A DNA stretch of 64,000 nt from an uncultured Planctomycetales bacterium (GCA_964401335.1 CAYNYK010000009.1:1174-65173), one strand, 5' to 3'; shown: positions 1 to 9,634, counted from the first letter of the stretch. Notes: a model not told the origin generated them from the letters alone. Translations and numbers: made by a program.

Positions 1-49
1 GGCCGAGGAGCGGATGTACCCCGAGCGGTATGCCGAGTACGAAGGCTGA
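1..49 (+). CDS. 3' end of a CDS entering from the left edge
   Basis: Frame from base 2 reads AEERMYPERYAEYEG-TGA with GC-rich codons; too short to identify. Confidence 0.4.
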   Translation, partial: AEERMYPERYAEYEG

Positions 50-503
50 CCGGACGCGAGGGTTGGGTTTATGGCTCCGCGAGTCCGTCTTATTGCACCA
101 CAACGCACAATTTTCCGATTCATGCCAACGCACGGCTGGCCATGTGTCCTATTACGATGTAGCTCCCGGGTGAGTGCGCAACAGTTTTGCGGGTAGGACC
201 GCCCTGGTTGGTGCCATTCGGGACAGCATACCTGTTGCTTTGCCTGTTTTGGGTTTTCTTCCTGGCCGCCTGGGAACCAGCGGCCGCGCCTGGACCGCCG
301 TGCCGAAGCGTACCGTCGAGGTGGCCGTACGTCACGTCAAACTCTGCGCGGCCCCGCTCTTCCCCCTCGAAAACCAGGTCGAAGACCGAATCTGGATGGG
401 TACTGATTTCTGAATGCTGTTCGCTGATTGCTTATTGAATGGTGTCCTCCGAATTCTGCACAGGGGTTGATAGGCGGCGTTATCCTTGGGGGCTAAAAGA
501 TAC

Positions 504-689
504 TCAACGTTTGTCTTCTTGGTGATTATCATTGGACGCCGGTGGTTTGTTTCTCGATTCATCGAGGGCGCGCAGAAAATCTCGGTCGGTCAGGCGCACA
601 TGGATATTATCCCGAGACTGGGGCATGCTAGAAAAGACCCATTTCCTTAAGTCGCCAACAGGCTTTTTAATTTCATCTGATGAACTCAT
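504..689 (-). CDS. Small hypothetical protein (61 aa, MSSSDEIKKP...)
   Basis: ATG at 689 preceded by AAGGAGAAGGAG and lying just after the stop of 692..1531; AT-rich. Confidence 0.5.
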   Translation of the reverse strand: MSSSDEIKKPVGDLRKWVFSSMPQSRDNIHVRLTDRDFLRALDESRNKPPASNDNHQEDKR

Positions 690-691
690 TT

Positions 692-1531
692 TCAGGTCTC
701 CTTCTCCTTTGGCCACAAAATCAAATGGAGAACCGATGATAACATATCGGCCAAAACCGCGCCCTGGTGCCATAAAACCGATTCGGTCAAGCGGTTATGA
801 TAGTCATGGAAGTCAGAGAATGCAAATATATCCGGCAAGCCGTCGAAGCCGTTTTTACGTGGCCGATCAAAAGTTAAACATCCGATAAACTCATATGTGC
901 CCGAAATTATATTCTCATACCGGAGGGGGAAGACCATAACCGATTGGTAATACCTATCGTAATCTGCGCGATCACATAGAAACTGGTCGCGATGACTGGG
1001 TAGATTATTGGAGGTGAAGCAGGAACAGGGCCGGTTAATAAATAATCCTTTATCTGTCCCATAAAGTGTCGCAAATACGGAGTTTTTTGCAATCTCGTGA
1101 GCATTTTCGAGACCGTAATCCGAAGGACGGTCGCCTCTTTTTGGGGATCGTCCCACGGTGACGGCAACGAGTTTTTGATCGGTATTATTCGTGAACAACT
1201 TGAGGCTGCAATGCAGGTCGTTGGGAGCTATCTGCATCAGGTTGGCAATCAAATCGCAACAAAGATCACAGATGCTATCCGCCGCGAAATTGAATCGCGA
1301 AAGCATCAAATCATCTACTTGGTAATCTTCTATATCGCAAAGACTTAATTTCCGAATAGCATGGGCCAGCAGGTGATGCTTAATCGTGTTGGCCGCTAAA
1401 ATTCTGGTTCGTACCTGAGCAACAACTCGGGGGAACCTTTTACCTAATTTGAAGGTTCTATATATCCCAAGCAGCGCGGATACATACCACTTGACCGGTA
1501 AGTCAATCTTGATTATTTCGCCTTCTTGCAT
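692..1531 (-). CDS. Hypothetical protein with a GAF-like domain (279 aa)
   Basis: Long ORF in AT-rich DNA; C-terminal pattern YYQSVMVFPLRY...IGCLTFD resembles the final GAF strands; has its own promoter. Confidence 0.6.
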   Translation of the reverse strand: MQEGEIIKIDLPVKWYVSALLGIYRTFKLGKRFPRVVAQVRTRILAANTIKHHLLAHAIRKLSLCDIEDYQVDDLMLSRFNFAADSICDLCCDLIANLMQIAPNDLHCSLKLFTNNTDQKLVAVTVGRSPKRGDRPSDYGLENAHEIAKNSVFATLYGTDKGLFINRPCSCFTSNNLPSHRDQFLCDRADYDRYYQSVMVFPLRYENIISGTYEFIGCLTFDRPRKNGFDGLPDIFAFSDFHDYHNRLTESVLWHQGAVLADMLSSVLHLILWPKEKET

Positions 1532-1541
1532 ATCAACTTGC

Positions 1542-1569
1542 AGAATAGCATTTACCTTTTTGTTGTCAA
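1542..1569 (-). promoter_or_regulatory. Sigma70-type promoter of the GAF-like gene
   Basis: Minus strand TTGACA (1569-1564), 16 nt, TATTCT (1547-1542), then 10 nt to the ATG at 1531 with no SD; short-leader or leaderless. Confidence 0.6.
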
Positions 1570-1739
1570 TAACTTTTTAAAGAAATTTTTCAGCAAGGGG
1601 GGGACGCGCGGATAGTGGGGTGGTAGTCTAATTGGGGGACACCATACACAATTAGCGATCAGCATTCAGTAATTCCAGGACGGCCTGCCCAGACCCGGCT
1701 TCGGTGGGCTCCGCCCAGCAGAGCGAGGTAATCTGTTGT

Positions 1740-1868
1740 GGGCTGGTAAAGATGTCCCTCGCTGACGTGTCGGGCTGGTGTTCCTTCGCACGCCCGAAGC
1801 AGTGGGTAAACTCCGTCGGGCAGATGTCCCTTGCTGGCATAAAGATTCTTGCTCGCGCGTCGGGCTGG
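1740..1868. repeat. REP-like family 1 cluster (CCCT(C/T)GC...TCGGGCTGGT)
   Basis: CCCTCGCTGACGTGTCGGGCTGGT at 1756-1779 and CTTGCTCGCGCGTCGGGCTGG at 1848-1868; GGGCTGGTAAAGAT is shared with the 5.5 kb cluster. Confidence 0.7.
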
Positions 1869-2010
1869 CGGGAGGTTCTTTACCCAATCTCTCCATCGCT
1901 CGGACCCGCCGTCCCCCCGTTTCCCCCTCGCTTCTTCGGAGTGAAAACCAAACCGTCCAAACCCGCCGTTTCCGTCACTGACCCATCCGGGGTTCGACGG
2001 ATCGGTTTCC

Positions 2011-2040
2011 TTGACGGCCGACCGTCGAGGACGGTAGCAT
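2011..2040 (+). promoter_or_regulatory. Putative sigma70 promoter of the TPR lipoprotein
   Basis: TTGACG-N18-TAGCAT about 40-55 nt upstream of the candidate starts. Confidence 0.4.
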
Positions 2041-2077
2041 TTTTACTGCCGCGAAGGGGTAAGTCCATCCAGCCACT

Positions 2078-4864
2078 ATGGAAAGCGGGTGCGTTATGAG
2101 GATAAGACCGGTTGGGCATGGCCCGGAGCATACGTTCCTGTTTCGCTTGCTGATTTCCTTGCCGTTGGGCTTGGTCGTTCTGACCGGCTGCGCGGGGGAT
2201 AAATATTACCGACAAGGCCGGGATTTTCAGGCGGCCGGGGATTACGACCAGGCCGTCGCTCATTACCGCAAGGCCCTGGAGCAGTCGCCGCGGAGCGGTC
2301 GTTATCAGGATGCTCTGGCCGAGGCGGAGGAACTGGCGGCGGAAGCCCATGTGACGCGGGCCAAAAAGCTGTTGGAGGAACATAAGCCCGGCCAGGCCAA
2401 AGCGGAACTGACGATGGCGTTGGACCAGATGCCGGCCCATCCGGAAGCCGTGTCCATGATACGGACCGCCGAGGAGCAGACTGCCCGTTGCGAGGATCTG
2501 CTGGCCCAGGCGCGCCAGGCGTTGACCGAAAAGGTCTGGCTGGAAGCCCTGCGGCGGGCCGGCGAGGCCCGGCAAGTTGACGTGGCCCATCCGGAGGTGG
2601 CCGAAATCGAGCGCCAGGCCCGGGCCGGCATCGTGGACAAACAGTTGGCTATTGCTGAGCAGGCGTTGAACGACAACGATTGGGAGGCATGTCTGGCGGC
2701 CTGTGCGCAGATCAAGGCCGTTGATCCCTCTCATGCACGGACGGTCGAGATCGAGCAGGAAGTGCTCCGGCGTCGGGAAGCGATGAAATTGCACGAAAGC
2801 GCCCGACCGCTGATGGAACAACAGGACCATCTGGCGGCGTTCCGGCTGTTGCGGCAGGCCCGGCAGCTTTGGCCGGCGAACGCCGCGATTAACGAGGATT
2901 ACGAACGCATCCAGCAGTCGGCCATCGATCAGTATACGTCGCAGGTGGGGACGCTGGTTCAGGAAGGCCGTTTCTCCAAGGCGGTCGCGATATTGGATGA
3001 AGCCCAGGCTTTGTGGCCTCAACAGGAAGCTTTGACCGCCCGGCGTCAGGAAGTGTTGCGCCAGTGGGCCCAGGCCGTGCAGGGCGAGTATGAGAAATAC
3101 GCCGCCGACGGCAAGTGGGAGCTGGCCTGGCCGATCGCCGTGCAGGCGTTGGCGATGGCCGGCGCGCAAGATGCCCAGGCCGCCGAGGCTTGTCAACGTG
3201 CCGAGCAGGCCCTGCGGGAAAAGATCGCCTACAACCTCAGCGCGTTGCCGTTGCGCTCGGACAGCGTGAGCATGGAGAATCGGCTCGCGGTCTGTCACAT
3301 GCTCACCGAGGCGCTGAACCGGAGCAAACCGAAACACATTCAACTGCTGGAGCGCACCGCTCTGGCCGCGCTGTTGGACGAGCAGGATCTTTCGCTGGCC
3401 AACATCACCGAGCCGGGGAAGCTCAAGGCCCTCGGCGGGCGCCTGGAAGGCGCGGATGTCTTGCTCCTGGTCGAGGTGACGGCCAGGGAGAGCAACGACC
3501 GGCGCACGGACAAACAGGCGACGGGGAAATACGTGGCCGGCAAGAAGTGGATACCGAATCCGGATTACGCCGCCGCGGAAGAGGAATTGGCCGCCGCGAA
3601 AAAAGCTTACGACCAAGCCCGGCAGCGGGCGCAAATGACCCAGGTATTTCAGGACGCCATGAGCGGGGCGGGTCAACACTCGGACGCGGATATCCTGCGG
3701 AATGCCTTGAGCGGGATGTTCGGGAGCAAGGTCCAGCAGGCGGCGGACAATTACCGGGCGGCCTTGAGCAAGCGGGACAACACGCCGCAGCGGTTGCAGG
3801 TGGATGACTGGCAGGAGTTCCGTTACCCGGTTTACAAACTGGAGCGGCGGGTACGGGTGACGGTACGCATGAGGCTGGTGGAGGCGGCCACGGGGCGGAT
3901 TTTGTGGGGTAACAACGGGACGATCGGTGAGGCGGTTTCGGCCGACACGCAGATCGAGCCCGACCGGCTGCGGGGCGTGACCGGCAAGACGGCGCAGCTT
4001 CGCGACCCGGCCGAGCTGGCGGCCGAGGCCATCGAGGGCTTGCGTTCCGAACTGGCCGCCCGGGCGATGGAAATGCTTTCGCAACAGGCCCTTTCCTATT
4101 GGCAGAACGCGCAGAAGAGCACCGGTGAGGCGGCGACGGCGGATTATGTCCGCTTTTTGTTTGAATGTCCGGCGAATCCGGGATTGGCCGCGCTGTCCTC
4201 GGCTTTGGAGCAGATATTCAGCCCGAGGGTGAACGGCCGATTGATTGAGCAGTGCAAGCAGATGGCCTTGGAACGGCTGGCATTGGGCGTGGATCAGGAT
4301 GCCGCGGCAATGCGTTCCGCGGTGGTCGTTGAAAGCGCGCCGCCGGCGCCCGCGGCCTCGAAGCCGGCACCGCCGATCGCGGCCGCACCCGTTAGTCCGC
4401 CGCCGGCCGTCGCCGAACGCTCGGCCGATGTGGACGATCTGATTCGGGCGGGCCTGCTTGATCCGGCACAGGCTGCGGCGCCTTCAAAGGCCGGTGTGGC
4501 CGCACCGGCTCCCTTGCCGGCGCAACCGACGCAGGCGCAGCCCGAACCGCCCCCGGCGGCCGAACCCGCCCCGCCGCAGGACCGTCGCGTTTTTCAGGGT
4601 ACACTCAGCCGGAAAGATTCGCGCTACGCCCGGGAAATCGAGACCGTCGACGGCATTGTCGTACGGCTGAAAAGCACCGACAACAAACCGGACCGGGCGG
4701 ATCTCGAAATTCGCGTGGGCAAGGCCAAGAAGGAATACAAGGACCTGCGCCCGGGCGCGCGCATCAACGGCCGAGGCCAGTCCCGCCGGGCGTACCAGGT
4801 GGTCATCCTCGACGTCGACGACCGGACCCGAACGGTCGTCTTCGCGATCGAATCGGCCGAGTAA
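2078..4864 (+). CDS. TPR-repeat lipoprotein with CsgG/HfaB-like domain and Pro/Ala-rich linker
   Basis: Lipobox LTGC, TPR-like helices, LLERTALAALLDEQDL and VRMRLVEAATGRILW (CsgG-like), PAP-rich linker and small C-terminal beta domain. Start may be 2096. Confidence 0.7.
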   Translation: MESGCVMRIRPVGHGPEHTFLFRLLISLPLGLVVLTGCAGDKYYRQGRDFQAAGDYDQAVAHYRKALEQSPRSGRYQDALAEAEELAAEAHVTRAKKLLEEHKPGQAKAELTMALDQMPAHPEAVSMIRTAEEQTARCEDLLAQARQALTEKVWLEALRRAGEARQVDVAHPEVAEIERQARAGIVDKQLAIAEQALNDNDWEACLAACAQIKAVDPSHARTVEIEQEVLRRREAMKLHESARPLMEQQDHLAAFRLLRQARQLWPANAAINEDYERIQQSAIDQYTSQVGTLVQEGRFSKAVAILDEAQALWPQQEALTARRQEVLRQWAQAVQGEYEKYAADGKWELAWPIAVQALAMAGAQDAQAAEACQRAEQALREKIAYNLSALPLRSDSVSMENRLAVCHMLTEALNRSKPKHIQLLERTALAALLDEQDLSLANITEPGKLKALGGRLEGADVLLLVEVTARESNDRRTDKQATGKYVAGKKWIPNPDYAAAEEELAAAKKAYDQARQRAQMTQVFQDAMSGAGQHSDADILRNALSGMFGSKVQQAADNYRAALSKRDNTPQRLQVDDWQEFRYPVYKLERRVRVTVRMRLVEAATGRILWGNNGTIGEAVSADTQIEPDRLRGVTGKTAQLRDPAELAAEAIEGLRSELAARAMEMLSQQALSYWQNAQKSTGEAATADYVRFLFECPANPGLAALSSALEQIFSPRVNGRLIEQCKQMALERLALGVDQDAAAMRSAVVVESAPPAPAASKPAPPIAAAPVSPPPAVAERSADVDDLIRAGLLDPAQAAAPSKAGVAAPAPLPAQPTQAQPEPPPAAEPAPPQDRRVFQGTLSRKDSRYAREIETVDGIVVRLKSTDNKPDRADLEIRVGKAKKEYKDLRPGARINGRGQSRRAYQVVILDVDDRTRTVVFAIESAE

Positions 4865-4972
4865 GGCGATGGAGCTACGGGCTCGCCGCGTCGAAGCCGG
4901 AGGCAAAGACGGGAGAGAGGGGGAGATGCGGGGATGGGGAGACTGAGAGAGGGAGGGATAGAGAGACTTCGA

Positions 4973-5363
4973 CCGCTGTATCGAGATTCTCTATGTGTTG
5001 AGCGACCCCCGCAATCTGAACCCCGAACGGGAGTGAGGGGCCAATGTAGTAAAGCCCATCGAGTACCGGAAAATTCCGCTGTATCGAGATTCCTATCTCG
5101 ATACTACGTCAGCGGGATTCCCATCCCGCGAATTCCGGTGGGTGCGAAACGGGGACGCAGCTATTTTTATATACAAGGATCCATTCTCGCTTCCACGGAT
5201 AGACGAATTCTTTCGCGGGCCGGCATGCGGGGGATGGGAATTCCCGCAAAGAGGGAGGTCGAGGTGGGATTCTTGACCCGGCGACTTCAGCGACTTGTCC
5301 AAGGAGCGACCGGTTTTTTCGTAACGTCGTATCTTGGCCTGATGGATGATACCCGTTCGGGGT
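4973..5363. other. Intergenic element with nested inverted repeats (candidate structured RNA or MITE-like element)
   Basis: 12-bp IR 5020-5031/5352-5363; hairpin GTATCGAGAT-tcct-ATCTCGATAC 5081-5104; IR 5112-5127/5231-5247; 17-bp direct repeat 4973-4989/5076-5092. Confidence 0.45.
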
Positions 5364-5442
5364 AAATCCGTATGGCCTATCCCTCTGTCACGCCGTCCCT
5401 GCGTCTCTCCTTCTCCCTTGCCCGTCCCCTTCCCAGATCATT

Positions 5443-5547
5443 CCCTTGCTCGCGTGCCATGAGCGGATCGGGCTGGCTTCCCTTGCTCTCCCGCCAGAGG
5501 TGGGTCGGGCTGGTAAAGATAAACCCTTGCTTGCGCGTCGGGCTGGT
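5443..5547. repeat. REP-like family 1 cluster (three units)
   Basis: Three CCCTTGCT...TCGGGCTGG units; the third, CCCTTGCTTGCGCGTCGGGCTGGT (5524-5547), is closest to consensus. Confidence 0.75.
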
Positions 5548-5829
5548 AAGTGTTCCCTTACTGACTCGCCGGCTCAGCCGGCGCACAGTGTAACTCACTC
5601 AATCAGCGTCGCCGGCTCGTTTCTCTTGCTTCTTTCTCCGAACTTGCCTAGATGGGTCCTCGGTTCATACCTTGGTGAATTATCCGAGCCAAACACGGGT
5701 CGTCCCATTGTGACACAAATCATTATATTGCAAATGGTTATGTGCGGAACTGTCAATTGTTGACCGTGTACTTTCGGGGTAGGGGGGAGAATATGCCCCG
5801 CGTTGGAGCCTCAAGGCCGCGACACTTAT

Positions 5830-5857
5830 TTGAAATCATCTTCATAACGGGTATACT
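5830..5857 (+). promoter_or_regulatory. Putative rpmE promoter
   Basis: TTGAAA-N16-TATACT about 55 nt upstream of the rpmE ATG. Confidence 0.45.
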
Positions 5858-5911
5858 TACATGACTCGATATAGATAAGACCGGAAAGTAACAACGCCAA
5901 AGGATTCGACC

Positions 5912-6160
5912 ATGAAAGAGAAAATTCATCCCGCTTATCATGATTGCACCGTGACCTGCGGTTGTGGACATTCGTTCAAGACCCGCTCGACCAAACCGGA
6001 GTTGAAGATCGAAATCTGCTCCAACTGTCACCCATTCTTCACCGGACAGCAGAAGTTCATCGACTCCGCCGGCCGAGTGGAGAAATTCAATAAGAAATAC
6101 GGCGGCGACTATTTCACCAAAGCGACCAAGCCCGGCAAGAAGCCGGCGGCCAAAGCTTAG
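5912..6160 (+). CDS. rpmE: 50S ribosomal protein L31 (Zn-binding type)
   Basis: MKEKIHP, CxC and [24 protein letters not shown] signature. Confidence 0.97.
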   Translation: MKEKIHPAYHDCTVTCGCGHSFKTRSTKPELKIEICSNCHPFFTGQQKFIDSAGRVEKFNKKYGGDYFTKATKPGKKPAAKA

Positions 6161-6242
6161 CGCCCGTCTCTGGCCGCCCCGGCACGGTCCCGGACCACAT
6201 GCCGGCGCGACGGCCAAGAGGTTTGGCGCTGCCGATAATTAA

Positions 6243-6301
6243 AACCACGTCGGATCGGCGGCGAAATCCCAACGAAACCGATCCGGCGTGGTTCTTCTTT
6301 T
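6243..6301 (+). terminator. Stem-loop with U-rich tail between rpmE and prfA
   Basis: AACCACGTCGGATCGG (6243-58) pairs with CCGATCCGGCGTGGTT (6278-93), followed by CTTCTTTT. Confidence 0.5.
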
Positions 6302-6316
6302 AACGCACGTGAAACC

Positions 6317-7417
6317 ATGACGCCATCCGTCTCCATCGATGACCCGGTCATTCGCAAGCTCGAGGAAATCAGCGCCCGCTTCGCCTTCGTGGCCGAGGAG
6401 ATGAACCGCCCGGAAAATGCCGGCCACCCCGTCCGTATCGTGGAGTTGTCCAAGGAGCACGGTCGATTGCGGCGTATCGTCGAACCGTATCAGGAATACC
6501 GCAAGGCCCTTCATGCCGTTGAGGAAAGCAAGGCCCTCCTGGCCGATCCGGCAAGTGACGCCGAACTCAAGGCCCTGGCCGAGGAGGAAGGGGAGCTCAA
6601 TCGTCGAAAAGCGGATGAACTATTGGAGGGTATCAAAAAAGCCTTGGTCAGCAGCGACGACGCGGCCATCGAGTCGATCATTCTGGAAATCCGGGCGGGA
6701 ACCGGCGGCGAGGAGGCCGCCCTGTTCGCCGGCAATCTCTACGATATGTACCTGCGCTACTGCGACCGCCAATCGTTCAAGGTGGAAGTCATGGACGCCT
6801 CGCCTTCCGACCTCGGCGGGTACCGGGAAATCATTCTGAACATCCGCGGTCCGGGCGTCTATCAGCACCTTGGCTACGAAGGCGGCGGGCATCGGGTGCA
6901 GCGTGTCCCCGAAACCGAAACCCAGGGCCGTATTCATACCTCCGCCGCCACCGTGGCCGTTCTGCCCGAACCGGAAGAGGTGGATGTGCAGATCGACTGG
7001 GAAAAAGATGTCATCGAGCATGTGAGCCGTGCCGGCGGGCCCGGCGGACAGAACGTCAACAAAGTGTCGTCGGCCATCCGGCTCGAGCACGTACCCACCG
7101 GTATCACCGTCTCCATGCGCGACGAAAAAAGCCAGCACAAGAACCGGGCGAAGGCCCGCCGTATCCTGGTTTCGCGCATTTATGATCATTTCATGCAGAG
7201 TCAACGGGCCGAACGAGACGCCAGTCGGCGCGGCATGATCGGTTCGGGCGACCGCAGCCAGCGGATCCGCACCTATAATTTCCCCCAGAACCGCTGCACC
7301 GACCATCGCATCAATCTGGACCTCTACAGTCTCGACAAGATCATGCAGGGTGACCTCGACGTGCTCGTCGCGGCCTTGCAGGAATACGATTATCAGCAAC
7401 GTTTGCGCCACTTGTAA
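6317..7417 (+). CDS. prfA: Peptide chain release factor 1
   Basis: EIRAGTGGEEAALF, HRVQRVPETE (PxT motif of RF1), GGPGGQNVNK, RIRTYNFPQNR. Confidence 0.97.
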   Translation: MTPSVSIDDPVIRKLEEISARFAFVAEEMNRPENAGHPVRIVELSKEHGRLRRIVEPYQEYRKALHAVEESKALLADPASDAELKALAEEEGELNRRKADELLEGIKKALVSSDDAAIESIILEIRAGTGGEEAALFAGNLYDMYLRYCDRQSFKVEVMDASPSDLGGYREIILNIRGPGVYQHLGYEGGGHRVQRVPETETQGRIHTSAATVAVLPEPEEVDVQIDWEKDVIEHVSRAGGPGGQNVNKVSSAIRLEHVPTGITVSMRDEKSQHKNRAKARRILVSRIYDHFMQSQRAERDASRRGMIGSGDRSQRIRTYNFPQNRCTDHRINLDLYSLDKIMQGDLDVLVAALQEYDYQQRLRHL

Positions 7418-7580
7418 CCGCCGGGCGCGATCGGCCCCTTGCGCCTCTACACGGCCTGTAAATTTCCAACAATTTTCGGGGGGGCTGGACGTTTACGAGC
7501 GGCTGGTCTATCCTTTTACCGGATAGCGGGTCTTTCCAGGTATCGGAACGCATAAACCCATGACAACGGGAGGATCGATT

Positions 7581-8762
7581 ATGTCCAAGCCAAAGAGTGT
7601 GTTAGCGGTCGTCGTCTGCGCGGCGATTCTTAACGGAATGATCTTCGCGGGAACGGCGGCCCTGGCCGCCGAGGACAAACCGGCCGTCGCCCCCAAGGAC
7701 GATGTGATCATCGTCCAGGCCGAAGGCGAGGGGTTGGACAAGGAGCAGGCGATCAAGGCCGCCCTTCGCGCCGCCCTCGAAAAAGGCGGCAAGCAGGAAA
7801 TCTTTTCCGATACCAAGGTCGAGAACTACCAGTTGATTCATGACACGATCATCTCCCGCGCCCAGGGTATCGTGAAGGATTACAAAATCACCAAGGGTCC
7901 GGACACGGTCATCGGCGGCACGGTCAAGGTCTGGATCGAGGCCGAGGTTTCCAAGAGCGTTTTGGCCCAGAGCTGGGGCGAGGTGCAGAACCTGCTCAAT
8001 CAGATCGGGCGACCGAAAATCCTGGTCTGGATCAACGAGCGCATCGACGGGCGGCTGGAAGAGGGCAGCGCTCTGGAAAGCGAGATCGAGGCGCGCCTGC
8101 TGAAAAGCGGGTTCGATCTGGTGGCCCGCAAGGGCATGGAGGCCATCCGCCAGAAAGAGATGGACGATGCCGCGGCGGAAAACAACACCGCCAAGTTGCA
8201 GGCCATCGCCAAGGACTTCGAGGCCCATTTCTTCATCGCCGGGACGGCCAACGCCAATCAGGCCGGCGTTGAGGAAAAATACAACGTGCCCATTTCCTTT
8301 TACAACTGCGATGTGCAGGTGAAAGCCTTCTATACGGATACCGCCAAGTTGATTGCCAGTAAAACTATCCCCAGCACCCGCGGCGGGGCCCGCGGTTATA
8401 AGGAGTTCAGCCCGCAGGCCGGTAAGATGGCCATCGTCAACGTCAGCCAGCCGCTGATCGATGCCCTTTACGAGCAGATGATGGAGCAATGGGCGACGGC
8501 CATCAGTGCCGGCGGCGAACTCGTTCTCGAAGTTGAGGGTCTGAACTTCGCCGCCGCCAACCGGCTCAAGAAAGCCCTGGCCGACATCAAAAAGGTCGAA
8601 CACGTCAACATGACTTTCTCCAAGGGACTGGCCACCTACCGGATCAACGCCAAGCTCGGCGCCGATGAACTCGCCTCGCTCATCAGCGAAGGGGATTTCG
8701 AGAAGATGTTGGAGGTCGTCGATCTGAAACTCAATCGCATTCAGGCCAAGGGGAAGGAATGA
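7581..8762 (+). CDS. Secreted protein with FlgT-N/LPP20-like N-terminus and CsgG-like middle domain
   Basis: Signal peptide; EGEG..KEQAIKAALRAALE...DTKVENYQLI.DTI (FlgT-N-like); GGGAGG RBS before ATG 7581. Confidence 0.6.
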   Translation: MSKPKSVLAVVVCAAILNGMIFAGTAALAAEDKPAVAPKDDVIIVQAEGEGLDKEQAIKAALRAALEKGGKQEIFSDTKVENYQLIHDTIISRAQGIVKDYKITKGPDTVIGGTVKVWIEAEVSKSVLAQSWGEVQNLLNQIGRPKILVWINERIDGRLEEGSALESEIEARLLKSGFDLVARKGMEAIRQKEMDDAAAENNTAKLQAIAKDFEAHFFIAGTANANQAGVEEKYNVPISFYNCDVQVKAFYTDTAKLIASKTIPSTRGGARGYKEFSPQAGKMAIVNVSQPLIDALYEQMMEQWATAISAGGELVLEVEGLNFAAANRLKKALADIKKVEHVNMTFSKGLATYRINAKLGADELASLISEGDFEKMLEVVDLKLNRIQAKGKE

Positions 8763-8911
8763 GGGAGCGAGGCGAGGGAGAGAAAGAGCGAAGGAGGGAC
8801 GGAGAGAACATGAGTCTGGAGATGCTCTCTACCGCTCAGTCTCTCTGTCATTTACATAACCTGACAACTATGGTTGTATCAATAATTTCCCTGTTGGAGA
8901 ACTAATGGACC

Positions 8912-9634
8912 ATGGACATCCTGCCGGCTATCGATCTTCGCGGCGGTAAATGTGTTCGGTTGTTGCAGGGCGATTATAGCCGGCAGATCGATTATGCCGA
9001 CGATCCCGTCGCGGTGGCGAAACAGTTTGAACAGGCCGGGGCCCGCTGGCTGCACCTGGTCGATCTCGACGGGGCCAAGGAAGGGCACCCGTGCAATCTG
9101 CCCACCGTGGAGGCCGTTCTCAAGGCCACCCAACTGAAAGTGGAGATCGGCGGAGGCCTGCGCCACACCGCCGATATCGAGTCGCTCATCGCTCACGGCG
9201 CTTCCCGTTGCGTCGTCGGTACGCGAGCTCTCGAGGATTGGGCCTGGTTCGAGCAACTCGTGCATCGGCCGGCCTGTCGAGGCAAGATCGCCCTGGGCCT
9301 CGACGCTCGCGAAGGAATACTGGCCGTCCGTGGCTGGACCGCAAAGACCGAGGAGACGGCCGTCCAGATCGCCCAACGGGTCAGCACCTGGCCGCTGGCG
9401 GCCATCATTTACACGGATATCAGTTGCGACGGCATGCTGGCCGGCCCGAATATCGAGGCCACCGGAAGTCTGGCGGCCAACTGCTCCATCCCGGTCATCG
9501 CCTCCGGCGGCGTAACCACCATCGAGGACGTTCGGCGTCTGGCGGCCCTTCCCCTTGGCGGGATCATCATCGGCCGGGCCATCTACGAAAAACGCATCGA
9601 TCTGGCCCAAGCCATCCGCGAGGCGGTCAAGTAA
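8912..9634 (+). CDS. hisA: ProFAR isomerase HisA
   Basis: ILPAIDLRGGKCVRLLQGD, LHLVDLDGA, EIGGGLR, IIYTDI..DGML.GPN, IASGG. Confidence 0.96.
   Translation: MDILPAIDLRGGKCVRLLQGDYSRQIDYADDPVAVAKQFEQAGARWLHLVDLDGAKEGHPCNLPTVEAVLKATQLKVEIGGGLRHTADIESLIAHGASRCVVGTRALEDWAWFEQLVHRPACRGKIALGLDAREGILAVRGWTAKTEETAVQIAQRVSTWPLAAIIYTDISCDGMLAGPNIEATGSLAANCSIPVIASGGVTTIEDVRRLAALPLGGIIIGRAIYEKRIDLAQAIREAVK

Noticed and set aside
1985-2010. GGTTCGA as a possible tRNA T-arm
   Set aside because: No T-stem complement, acceptor stem or cloverleaf around it.
1880-4084. 734-aa minus-strand ORF
   Set aside because: Antisense shadow of the TPR lipoprotein in GC-rich DNA; no recognisable motifs.
7602-8603. Long antisense ORFs (also 6620-7411, 8879-9754, 14605-15534, 28912-30075, 30962-31972, 51348-52505, 54849-55769, 59368-60414, 62306-63133)
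   Set aside because: Each overlaps a well-supported gene on the opposite strand and has the typical shadow composition.
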